In this document: positions 35,889 to 48,397 of the stretch, piece after piece
How positions within the stretch are numbered: position 1 is the first letter of the stretch
Layout of the letters: every line of letters begins with the position of its first letter
Assembly: GCA_026770705.1 (NCBI GenBank)
Contig: JANJGN010000151.1
Location: forward strand, 558,001-622,000
DNA from: Isurus oxyrinchus
Lineage: Eukaryota
DNA length: 64,000 nt
Direction of reading: 5' to 3'
Notes under the pieces: model-generated
Told to the model about the DNA's origin: nothing
The model's input: the letters and a program-made list of their open reading frames with translations, nothing else
Database searches by the model: none
Translations under genes and position numbers: made by a program

Positions 35889-37884
35889 GACGATGAAGAT
35901 GGACAAAGGGCAGATTCAATCTGGGTCTGATTTCCAGACTGCGACTTGTTGCCGAATCCAGGACTCTCAATGGGGGGAGGTGGGGGTGGGGGGGGGGGGG
36001 GGGGGGGGTAGGTGGAGAGGGGAGAGAATTACATTCTCTTTTTGAATGTGAGACTGATGGGCGATATTCTCACCGGTTGCACAATTATGGGATGTCGCTA
36101 TATGACGTTATTCCTGGTGCCACCCAGCGATTGGCAGTTTCTCAAAACGTAGGCCACTTGAAAAGCCAGTGCTTCCGAACATCACTGCTTCCTGCATGTT
36201 GCACCAGGTTATAGTGTTTCATAATGCCTGTGCTCTGTTGTCTTTACAAATGAGAAGAGGCATTAGTCATCTTACAACAGAAGGACAGGAAGTTCAACCC
36301 ACTATCCATGTATGCTGGCTGTCACGTAGTGTTATACTCTTACTGTGAATCATGTGTCTGCTGCCCGTATATTGTGCCTTTAAGAAAAATATTTTCACTG
36401 GTCAAATGTTGACCTATTTGTCTTCTAAATTACTTGTACGTTTTGTTTTCATCGCTGTTTCTCATGAACCATCACATCCTCTAACATTCCACTTCTCAAA
36501 ATACGAAAACGGTCTACTCTCTCCTCCACTAGAATAATGGTAAACTTAAATGATGCCATCGAGTTACCCACCCGTTCACTCTCTCTTTTTAACCTTTTCC
36601 AAACCTTTCCTGATTGGGTACAGTTCTGTCATTCTACTTCTTAACCTTCTGTGTTCTGGTGAAAAGATCTCCAGCTGCTCAAGTTTCTGCTCAGGATGAT
36701 CGTCTCTCATCCGGCAACATCGTGCACAGTTCATCCCACACACTGTCTTTCAGGTTGACACCAAACGAAAGAAGAGTCACAAAACTGACCCAAGAGTTTG
36801 AACTGCGTCCTCAGCAATGATCTGTCAAGCTTTATTCTTGATTCTGAGTTTAACAATCCATGCCCCTGTTGATTAATGTGATTCTTTAACTCTTTATCTG
36901 CAGCTTGTTCCACATTTTCTGCATCTGGGTTCTGAATTTTTTCTCCTCCTTTACCCATTAAAGTAAATGTTTCTTCTTCGTACCCCATAACCTGTCAACC
37001 CCTTGCTTAGCAAGAGCCTTAAAAATATCCAAAGACTCTGTTTCCACCACCTGTTTTGTTTCAGATTTCCAGCATCTGCAGTATTTTGCTTTTATCATCA
37101 AACCCGGTATTTAGCCCATGAATTTTTTAAAAAATTTATTTTAGCGTGGAAGGGACATTTTCTACATAATGGTAAAGATTGTGGACTTTGTATTTTTATG
37201 TATTTTATTTGAAGTGACACTAAACCATAAAAATGAAGTATTATTAACAAAAAAATAAAGCATGCGCTCTAGGGTTTGGGCATCGCTGGCAATTCACCTA
37301 CTGGCTGTCCATCCATAATCGGACCTTTCAACGTCTGGATCTCCCAACTTTAATAATATGGCCCAGCATGTTTGGTGCATCCGTTTGAAATCTTGCCCCA
37401 CATGGGCAAATAATGCATTGGAGAAGTGAACAACATTATGGAGTGTTTAACATCGAGCCAACAAGGGCACAAGTCAGAGGAATTCCTTAATGAAACGTCT
37501 TTAGTTATATCAGCCAAGTAAGAATGATATCATTGAAGTTTGGCGGTAGTGCAGAGGTGACCCAGGAGTTTAGTGCTTCAGCTTGAAGTCTGTGAGTCGG
37601 GAGAAAAAACCTAAATAGTCTTTTTGGACTGTTATCGCACAAAGAGTGAACGACAATTGGACCAGTTTTCACACAGAGTGACAGAGTCCACAAATATGGA
37701 ATTACCTCTGTATAGCTAGAGGGCATTGTAGGGGTTTGGTGTTTTCTATAAAGATGAATGAAATTGGAGGTAATCTTTTAACCTGATAATGGATGATCAG
37801 ATGGAAATTAGGGGCAGAGAGTAAGAGTAATGAGAATTTAGTTGGGCCGAACGCTTTCTCATCCGTCAGTATCCGCCAGAATCG

Positions 37885-38470
37885 GGCGACGAGCAGCTCA
37901 CCTCCTGACTCCCCAAAGCCGGTCCACGATCTACAAGGCACAAGTCAGGAATGTGATGGAATACCCCCCACTGGCCTGGATGAGTGCAGCTCCCACAACA
38001 CTCAATGAGCTTTTCACCATCCAGGACAAAACAGCCCACTTGCTTGGCACCACATCCACAAAAATTCACTCCTTCCACCACAGACACACAGTAGCAGCAG
38101 TGCGTATCATCTAAAGATGCACTGCAGGAATTCACCTAGGGTCCTTCGACAGCACCTTCCAAACCCACGACCACTACCACCTAGAAGGACAAGGCCAGCA
38201 AATAGTCGGGAACACCACCACCTGGATGTTGCCCTCCAATTTGCTCTCAATCATCATCCTGATTTGGAATTAAATCTCTGTTTCTTCACTGCCGCTGGGG
38301 TAAAATGCTCGAACTTCCTTCCTAACAGGACTGTGGTTGTATCTACGCCAGATGGAATGCAGCAGTTCAAGAAGGCAGCTCCACACCTCCTTCTCAAAGG
38401 CAACTAGGGAAGGGCAATAAATGCTGGCCCAGCCAGCGAAGCCCACATCATGTCAATGAATAATAAAAAA
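37885..38470 (+). mobile_element. CR1/L2-clade LINE 3' fragment
   Basis: STIYKAQVRNVMEYPPLAWMSAAPTTL; same family as 16110-17220. Confidence 0.85.
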
Positions 38471-39017
38471 TGCACCTTCTGACTTTGAGGTTGATCTGCT
38501 GCAGTGAAAACACCAACACAATAATTGAATCCCTCGAGGTGGCATAGAATAAATTGTACTCTGACAATTTCCGCAATTTATCTAATAAAAAATGAGCAGC
38601 ATCCTGTGTGGTGATCTACTGTGGCTATCTGTAAGCGTGCAAGTGTGTTGTGTGTGTGTGTGTGAGGGGGTTGGGGGGGGGAGTGTGGGGTTCGGGGGTG
38701 TGTGTGTGTAGCTGTGTGTTCATCGGTATGTGACTGTGCGGATGTCCAGTGTTCTAGGTGAGGTTTGTACTGCCCAGCTGAGGGCGCTTCCTGATTCCCC
38801 TGCAACATGATGTGCTTATTCAGAGAGATCTAAATGTTGAAGAGATTCCCACCGGCCTTCTGTAGCCTCGCCGCTGTTTTTAATTTCCGCAACCCACCGC
38901 CCCTCTCCTCGCCACACGACCCACTGCCCCCTGCACACACCCCCCACCTCACCCCACGCTCACAACCGTTATGTACCATTGATCAAAATTTGTCATTCTG
39001 CAGCTCAGGCTAGGACG

Positions 39018-39235
39018 ATGGAAGTGGGATTTCGGCTTTAGTTATTGTCCTGATGTCTGGTCAGTGAGATTGGGACATTGCTACAATATTCCACCATTTT
39101 GTATAATTTCCCAGATCCATCTCTGGTGACCACCCTGTTTCCGTTACTTCGCCTAACACATTGTGTGGCCACTTTTCATTTTCAGAGATAAGTAACGGGC
39201 ATTCAGTGCCCCAGTCGAATCAAGAAATCAAATCA
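39018..39235 (+). pseudogene. Possible V remnant (leader plus start of V exon)
   Basis: Hydrophobic ALVIVLMS/GT exon, then acceptor and EISNGHSVPQS. Confidence 0.35.
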
Positions 39236-39869
39236 GATGCTTCCCCAGGAAATTATAAAGGAAATGAATGAGAAAATACATCCTGATCCAGGCAGGTTTG
39301 TCCAGCTTGAATCATCGCTGTCAGTCTTAAGAAAATTTAAATTTCTCGATCATTTTAAGTTAGGGTGAAGTTCAGATATTCCCACCCCCGGTTTTAGTAA
39401 AAATATGTAGATTTCTGAATGAATACCAGAGCCCCCATCTCCTGGCTTGACACTTCAGGTCAAATTTTGAAAAGACCCCTCACCATTGCAGAGTCATGAT
39501 CGCTTAATTATGTCCCTCATTCACTTTCCGCTAAGATTAGTCATGCAACCTATTGTCTGTGGAATGATTTTGATTATTTTCCACTTCACGTGTTACAGGG
39601 GGGATTGGGGGTGGAGGAGGGAGACAGACAGAGAGAGAGAAACAGAGAGGGGGGTGGTGAAAGCGCGAGAGAGAAAGACAGAAAGAAAGACAGAAAGAAA
39701 GAAAGAAAGAACAAATGAAAGAAAGAAAGTCAGAGGGATAGAGAGACAAGCCAAACCAAAATCCCGCATTCACACAATAAGTGGAATCCCTTCTGTCTTT
39801 AATATCAGAAAGAATGGTCAATAAATTTAAAACATTCTGCGATTCTCTATCATATTCAAAACCAGATAT

Positions 39870-40295
39870 TACGTGCTCCCATGTCTATTTCTGATAATAG
39901 CATTCGAGCTATTATTCATGAGCTTATTTACTCCCAGAATTTCGACAAACTTTGTGTTTTTGTTACAGGAACGAGTGCCCAAGATTCAGTGTCTCAGGAT
40001 CCTCCTGAATTAATGGTTCAAGGAAGACAGACGCCGATCTGTAGTTACGCCACATCCACCAGCAAACTCGACTGATATATCAAATATCCCGGTGGTGTTC
40101 CGAGATTTTTACTGAAGAGTTTTGGTAATGGGCAAGGACATAATTCTCCAGTTTTCTCAGAAAGGTTTTCTCCTGATTTGGATAAAAAGAAGAAACCTGC
40201 CCATTTAACCCTTGTCCCTGACTGTGCCGCGTATCACTGAGCACAGAGCCCCATGCTGTTACAGAGCCACAGTCAAGGTGTAAAAAACGCGAGAA
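39870..40295 (+). pseudogene. TCR V pseudogene (family F), degenerate
   Basis: GTSAQDSVSQDPPELMV..CSYATS..*YIKYPGGVPRFLLK..ERFSPDLDK. Confidence 0.8.
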
Positions 40296-40854
40296 GGCGC
40301 CCTCATCTACCGTCTCAGAATCAATTCTGTGGCCTGGATTGTTAACTGGTAATAGAACCGAAACCAAATTAAAGACTAGTATGGCTGAATGGCACATTGC
40401 TACGTTGCAGGCCCTGTGTCATTCTCTGGAGCCTTCATCTTAATATCAGCTGTGGATGTTTCCCATGGTCAGTAAGCAGCACCTTTAATGCAGCCTGCGG
40501 CATTCATACAAGGACAACATTAATCATTTCCCTTCATTGCCAACTCCTCACACACTGAGCCCTATGAAAGGGCCAACGTTTAGTTGAATCCTCATCTCGA
40601 TCCCCGCTGGAGGAATAATAACTTCACTGATCCGTTGCACTCCTCTCTGACGCAACTAACTGGAGAGCAATGGACCTGTGAGCTGATTGGATGAATTGGA
40701 GGACAAAGGCTCGTGGAGCTGATTGGACGTCACTTGATGACTCTTTAAGGAATGGACGAATCGCTGGGGAGACCAGATATAAATGAATATCTTTAAGTCC
40801 TCAATTACAGATTCAGTCCGTTCTGTTTCAACCCACTACCAATTCGGGGCAAAG

Positions 40855-41152
40855 ATGTTGGCTTTTGCTTTTTATTCATTTCTCACAGCTGCAGCTCTCT
40901 TACCCGGTAAATCAATAAGTTAGACAATCTTCCTCTTGCAGGACCCGTTGACATTCATTTAATGATGTTTCCCTCTACCTTCATTGTGATCTGTTACATT
41001 ATGCTGCTAGTTATCATAAAATGACAATAAAATAAGATATTAACTTTCTTTATACCTAAATATCTGCAGAAATTCAGGGTGCAGACTCCATCTCACAAGA
41101 GCCGGTTACATCAATGTGATTTGTAGGAGATGAGGTGACAATTAAGTACTGA
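40855..41152 (+). pseudogene. Truncated TCR V (family G)
   Basis: Leader MLAFAFYSFLTAAALLP/GT. EIQGADSISQEPVTSM*FVGDEVTIKY*. Confidence 0.8.
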
Positions 41153-42809
41153 AATTGGGCAGATTTGGCACTGAGACATAATCCCAGCCTGATGGGATAA
41201 ATGGAAGTGGACATTAATTCATTCTGCAGGACTCGGTGATGAGGTGTCATTATTTGTCCTCATTATTTGTCCTCGAATTACGACTCCAATCCCAGAGAAA
41301 TGTGAATGGCTCTTTAAAGCTTTGACAAATGAAAGAAAGTTGTGCGTTGTAGCAGGGCAAACAGAGATGGGACACAAATATTAAGAAAAGGGGAAGGAAA
41401 TACTCAGTAGGTCGGGCAGAATCTGAGAATAACAACAATATATTTAATGTTCTGGGACAGTGACCTTTCATCAGAACTAGGACGCTTTTACTTGGAAATG
41501 AAGGGCAGGGAGAGAAGAAGAACAGAAGGGACGAACTGTGATGGGGTGCAGGGAGAAGAGATTAAATAAGAAAAATATTCATGGTTCAGGACCAAACGTG
41601 CAGTAACTGGACATGTAAAGAAACAGAAAATGTGTCTACAGGATGTGTGAATGGCAGGTTTCTGAAAAGTAGGATTCAAAAAGCAAAGAAAATGGAATAA
41701 GGGCACATCAGAAACGCAAAACAAAACCAACTGGCGAGGAAAATAGAAATAAAATTGGAAATCAAGTCGGCTGGCCAGTAAGGCCCACATCCAGAGGATG
41801 AAGAAAACTTCCTGAGCCATTACAACACATGATTATTACATCTCAAAATCATCATTGCATCATCTCCCCTTCCTTCTTAGTCTACTACCTTTAATTAAAG
41901 TTATGGAAAATTCTCTAGTTCATCTTCTTTATGTCTAAAACACTTTAGTCCAGTTTTGGTGACTTGATGAGCTCTTTGTGTGGTCGACAATTTCACTTGA
42001 AATGTTCAGTTTCACAATGAAAACACGCCTGTTTTCCATTACAGGAATTCCCAGCAGGGAACAGATTCGTTTTAAATCAATTAACATCAATGGTTCAATG
42101 CAACACATGTAGGTGATTCCCTCATGGAGGGGCGGGCTCCACTCTCGGGAATGGATGGAGTCTGTTGCGTGATCTGGACATTGCACACAGCGCTCTGTGG
42201 CAGATTCTCCTCAAGAAAACGCTAAATTAAAATTAAAAAGTGCATTTCTCTGCATCCTGGAAATTAGAGATTTAAACAAGAATTAAGTGCATATAACGAA
42301 CGGTGCTAGAAACAGGAGTAAGGCAAGTTACGAAATGCATCTGAATCCAATAAGTGGTTTCTTCACAAGTTAGTTCAAATGTCTTACCCAATCACTAAAT
42401 TGCCCAATCACCAGAATTGTTTTGGGAAACTCGAATACATTGGATAAGGCTTCATGTAAATATGTTCAAGGCTGAGTGAGACAGATTTTTGATCCACCAG
42501 ATAATCTCCTGTTATGGCTGACATGTAGGAGAGTGGAGTTAAAACACAGTCAGATCAACCATCTAACTGACTGGCCGAGCAGACTTAAGCGCCAAATGGC
42601 TGCTCGTGCTCCGATTACTTATCTTCTTAATTCTTAAGTTCTTTTGCAACACGCCTAAGAAGAAATCACCTGGCCGTTATGACTTTGCTGTGTGTGGAAT
42701 CTTGTTGTTTGTGTATTCACCGCCAAGTATCATATATTACAACAGTTGATTGGCTGTGAGGATCTTTGGGATATTGTGTCCTTCTGAAATGCGCTATATA
42801 AATACACGA

Positions 42810-43485
42810 AGGAGAAAGATAGATAAGATAGAGAGCTAGAGGGAGCCAGAGGGAAATGTCAGAAAGAAAGAGAGAAAGAGAAACGGGTAAAAAAAAGAGA
42901 GTAAAGGAGAGATAGAGAAAAAAGTGAAAGGCATATATAGAGAGAAAGCAAGATAGAGAAAGAGCGATAGAGAAAAAGAGCGAGATAAAGAGAAACATAG
43001 ATAGAGGCTCATACAGTCACGGTGAGGAAATTCGAAAGAGAGGAGAAAAAGGGGGAAGAGAAAGAGACGGCAGGAAACATACAAATTTAAGGCGATAGAG
43101 AGGTCGGGGTTGGGGCAGAGATGGAGAGACAAAGAGAAAAGGATGAGATGAAAAGAGAGGGCTGATATAGGGAATCATACACAAAGAGAGAGAAAGAGTG
43201 AAGGGTATGAGGAATCAGAGAGAGAGGGGAAAAGGATGTAGAAAAGAGAATGAGAGAGCTGGGCACAGAGAGGGAGGAGATGGAAAATCAGACACAGGAA
43301 GTTAGGCAAAGAAAGATTAGGAGAGAAATTAGAGAGTTTCATACTCACCATCCCAATTGTTCTGTATTCCCTTGACGGACTCTCACACTCCTTCCGTCTC
43401 CCTTCCCATGGCGAGGAGAGAAACCCTGGGCAACGGGGTTTGGGCTGGGTGGGGGGAGGTTTAAAATATCAGAGCTGGAACACAG

Positions 43486-43521
<36 letters not shown>

Positions 43522-43565
43522 ACACAGACACACAGACACACACACACACACAAAGACAGACAGAG
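42810..43565. repeat. GA-rich low-complexity tract and (CA)n microsatellite
   Basis: Purine-rich 42810-43335; CA repeat about 43487-43552. Confidence 0.85.
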
Positions 43566-44733
43566 AAACCAGATTCAGGCATTAATGCTCACCCAAAGCC
43601 GCGTGGTCTAGAAAAAGACACATTGATTCTCCAAACCTCTTATACCTTCCATGCCTGTCAGTCAAGCTTTTTGCATCTCCCAAATTTTAACCCCCTCCCG
43701 TCCCCCCCCTCCCGCCATCCAACCAGCTTTCAGCTAGCTCCACCTGAGGCACAGCAACCCCAGGTGTGGCACAGAACAACCGAAATATTTGTTTGACTGG
43801 GGGGTTGGAAAACAGCAGGTAAATGGTTCAGTGCAGGGTTGTCTCCCCCCACTCTCTCTTTCTTCCCCCACCCTCCTCATCAGTCTCACAACTCAGGAAC
43901 TATGGAGCTGAGAATCTGCAACTTGGAACTAAAGGAGGGATCAGTTGGGGATCAGTCATTCATTCTGTAGCTCATTTTATGCCGGACTGAAGTAGTTAGA
44001 CGGTTCCATCATCTGCTGCTTTATACTAATATTCCGTCAAGTTCAAACTTCAACACTTTCTCCCCGCTGTGTCTGTTGCTCACTGCATTGACTGTTTCCG
44101 TTCAGCTTTACAGGACCATCTCTTGTGTCCACTGGAAAACTATGACTCAGTCCAGGTCTTTGCGCTTCAGATCTTACCGGTGCCAATGACACCGGGGCCA
44201 GGCTGCATGATTCATGGCAGTGAACTTAGTGCTGAGCAGTCAATGGTCCAGGCGTTTAAAACATTCAGAGATATTGAAATCCTTTAACACATGAAGGTGT
44301 GGGAGGGGGAGGCAAAGAATTAAAGTGCGTTTGGTCTGTGATATGATGGAAAATGGGGACAGGTGAAATGCTGCTTGGTGCCTTAGCGAGGCTGATCTGG
44401 ACAGACATGCAGTGGCTCCTGTGTTTCAGCCCGAGTGGGCTGCATGATGCAGGACTCTGTGTTCTTTGGTTGTACACACACGCACACATTGAGATAAACA
44501 TCAACTCCTGTACCATGCGGCAATAAGGCTGGAAACTGTGCACTTAGCTTCCCAAAGAATACACTTTATTCATGGAATATCTGAAAATGCATTGATTGCA
44601 GGACATAAAGTGCAGTGCAGTTCACTCTCCTTCAGTGCAGTGTGTGTGTGGCACTCTGAGCCACTTCTATACAGTTCCAAATTGGTTAGATGTACAATTC
44701 GCATTTCACAATATCAAACATTCTCTGCAGCAT

Positions 44734-46717
44734 AAAAACAAAAAACTGTGGATGCTGGAAATCGAAAACAAAAACAGAATTACCTGGAAAAACTCAGCAG
44801 GTCTATCAGCATCGACAGAGAAGAAAAGGTATTGACGTTTCAAGTTCTCATAACCCTTCCACACAACTGAGTGAATATAAGGAGAGGGGTGAAATATAAG
44901 CTGGTCCAGGGTGGGGGCTGAAGGGGAGATGTGGTTGGGGGGGGGGGGGGGGGTGTCGGCAGTGTGGTTGTAGGGACAAGCAAGCTGTGATAGGAGCAGA
45001 TAATCAAAAGATGTCACAGACAAAAGAACAAAAGAACGCAGAGGTGTTGAAGGTAGTGATATTATCTAAACGAATGTGCTAATTAAGAATGGATGGTTAG
45101 GCACTCAAGGTACAGCTCTATTTGGGGTGGAGTGGAAATAGTAGCAGGGCGTAAAAGATGAAAAAATCATGGAAATAGGTGGGAAAAGAAAAAACTATAT
45201 ACATTATTGGAAAAAACAAAAGGAAGTGGGAAGAAACTGAAAGGGGATGGGGATGAAGGAGGGAGTTCAAGATCTAAAGTTGTTGAATTCAATATTCAGT
45301 CCAGAAGGCTGTAAACTGCCTCGTCGGAAGATGAGCTGCTGTGCCTCCAGTTTGCGTTGGGCTTCACTGGAACAATGCAGCAAGCCAAGGACAGACATGT
45401 GGGCAAGAGAGCAGGGTGGAGTGTTAAAATGGCAAGCGACAAGGAGGTTTGGGTCATTCTTGCGGACAGACCACAGGTGTTCTGCAAAGCAGTCGCCCAT
45501 TTTACGTTTGGTCTCTCCAATGTAGAGGAGACCGCATTGGGAGCAACGAATGCAGTAGACTAAGTTGGGGGAAATGCAAGTGAAATGCTGCTTCACTTGA
45601 AAGGAATGTTTGGGCCCGTGGATGGCGAGGAGAGAGGAAGTGAAGGGACAGGTGTTACATCTTTTGCGTGGGCATGGGGAGGTGCCATAGGTAGGGGTTG
45701 AGTAGTAGGGGGTGATGGAGGAGTGGACAAGGGTGTCCAGGAGGGAACAATTCCTACGGAATGCCGCCGGGGTGTGGAGTGGGGGTGTGGGGGTGTGAAG
45801 GGGAGATGTGTTTGGTGGTGGCATCATGCTGGAGTTGGAGGAAATGGCGATGGATGATGCTTTGAATGCGGAGGCTGGTGGGGTGATAAGTGAGGACAAG
45901 GGAGACCCTATCATGTTTCTGGGAGGGAGGAGAAAGCGTGAGGGCGGATGCGCAGGAGATAGGCCAGACACGGTTGAGGGCCATGTCAATGATCGTTGGT
46001 GGAAAACCTCGGTTAAGGAAGAAGGAGGACATGTCAGAGGAACTGTTTTTACGGGTAGCATCATGAGAACAGATGTGACGGAGGCAAAGGAACTGAGAGA
46101 ATGGGATGGAGTCCTTACAGGAAGCGGGGTGCGAGGAGCTGTAGTCGAGGTTGCTTTTGGAGTCTGTAGGCTTGTAATGGATATTGGTGGACAGTCTATC
46201 ACCAGAGATTGAGACAGAGAGGTCAAGGAAGGGAAGGGAAGTTTCAGAGATGGACCATGTGAAAATGATGGAGGGGTGGAGATTGAAAGCAAAATTAAGA
46301 AATTTTTCCAAGTCCCGACGAGAGCACGAAGCAGCACCGAGGTAATCATCAATGTACCGGCGAAAGAGATGTGGAACGGGGCCGGAATAGGACTGGAACA
46401 AGGAATGTTCCACATACCCCATAAAGAGACAGACATAGCTGGGGCCCATGCGGGTACCCATAGCCACACCATTTATTTGGAGGAAGTGAGAGGAGTTCAA
46501 GGAGAGATTGTTCAGTGTGGGAAAAAGTTCAGCCAGACGGAGGAGAGTAGTGGTGGATGGGGATTGTTCGGGCCACTGTTCGAGGTAGAAGCTAAGGGCC
46601 CTGAGAACATCCTGGTGGGGGATGAGGTGTAGACGGAATGGACGTCCATGGTGAAGAGGAAGCGGTTGTGGCCAGGGAACTGGAAATTGTTGATGTGATG
46701 TAAGGTGTCAGAGGAAT
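44734..46717 (-). mobile_element. Penelope-like element (RT plus GIY-YIG), left arm of an inverted pair
   Basis: FLQINGVAMGTRMGPSY..FRRYIDD reverse-transcriptase motifs and LYIGETK endonuclease; frameshifted. Confidence 0.93.
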
Positions 46718-47592
46718 AACTTCCTCTCTCCTCACCGTCCAAGGGCCCAAGTATTCCTTTCAAGTGAAGCAGCATTTCATTTGCATTTCCCCCAACTTAC
46801 TCTACTGCATTCGTTGCTTCCAATGCGGTCTCTTCTACATTTACAAAAGTAAACTGGGTGACCGCTTTGCAGGACACCTGTGGTCTGCCTGCAAGAATTA
46901 CCCAAACCTCCTCTCGCTTGTCATTTTAACACTCCACCCTGCTCTCTTGCCCACATGTCTGTCCTTGGCTTGCTGCATTGTTCCAGTGAAGCCCAATGCA
47001 AACTGGAGGAACAGCACCTCATCTTCCGACGAGGCACTTTACAGCCTTCTGGACTGAATATTGAATTCAACAACTTTAGATCTTGAACTCCCTCCTCCAT
47101 CCCCACCCCCTTTCAGTTTCTTCCCACTTCCTTTTGTTTTTTCCAATAATTTATGTGGATTTATCTTTTCCCACCTATTTCCATTATTTTTAAATCTTTT
47201 ATGCCCTGCTACTCTTTCCACCCCACCCCCATTAGAGCTGTACCTTGAGTGACCTACCATCCATTCTTAATTAGCACATTCGTTTCGATAATATCACTAC
47301 CTTCAACACCTCTGTGTTCTTTTGTTCTTTTGTCGGTGACATCTTTTGATTATCTGCTCCTATTACTGCTTGCTTGTCCCTACAACCACACCACCACCCC
47401 ACCACTTCTCTCCCCGCGCCCCCCCCCCCCCACACCCCCCTCCCCCACCTTAAACCAGCTTATATTTCAACCCTCTCCTTATATGCACTCAGTTGTGTGG
47501 AAGATTCATAAGGATTCGAAATGTCAAATCTTTTCTCCTCCGCTGATGCTGCCAGACCTGCTGAGTTTTTCCAGGTCATTCTGTTTTTTTTA
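46718..47592 (+). mobile_element. Penelope-like element 3' end, right arm of the inverted pair
   Basis: KLGDRFAGHL..LEEQHLIFRRGTLQPSGLNIEF. Imperfect TSD 44721-44733 and 47593-47605. Confidence 0.9.
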
Positions 47593-48397
47593 TTTTCTGA
47601 AGCATTGTGTTCCAGAGATCAGACTGATGACACTCCCGAAGATCACGAGATCTCCCGCACACTTTTCCATGTATTAAACGAATCACAGCTCTTACACAGC
47701 TTCCAGCTTCGAAGACAGTGGTTTTCCGGTTTTATTTCTGCATTGATTTCCATTCCTCCCTAACTCCCCTTGAACCAGGATGTGTGCTCACAGCTCAAGT
47801 CCGCGAGGGTCACTGTTAATGCAGTGAGACAACTTTGCTGGACTCTCTCTGTATCAACAAGCATTGTGATCACTAAATGTATCACAATTGTATTGAAGCT
47901 GCTCAGAGTGCAACATGATCTATGTTGATAACTTGAATAGCTTTGCACTTTCTGACTGTCTGTAATGACCATTTTGAAATGCCTGTAATGTTCATTGATT
48001 GTATTGAAGGACCTCATGTCCTATGTGGAAATTGAATATGATTGCAACTTTTGTGATGACCACTTTGAAATGTTTTGGAATGTTCTTTCAGGTATTTTAT
48101 GAATAAAGTATATTTTTCTCCAAAAAAGCATAGTACTCATATTTATCTACTGGGATCTCACTTGGTCTTTCAGATTAAACATGGAGCTGCAATGGATTTA
48201 CCTACCTTACCAATGTTAGAAATAAAAGTCATGAATCTATCGCTTCAGCTGTTTGTTCACCGACCTGTAACTAACGTGTATGTTGTAGCTTAATTACCTC
48301 TCTGGAGACTGTCAACTGGTATAAATGAGGGACCCTTTGAAAGCGTCGCAGAGTTAAGATATGCATCATTCAGAATCTTTTTGGTTTCTGAAAGACG

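Noticed and set aside
42040-42225. V remnant ending in CACAGCG
   Set aside because: No V framework motifs and no credible nonamer.
45267-46472. 401-aa ORF as a host gene
   Set aside because: It is a frameshift chimera of Penelope sequence.
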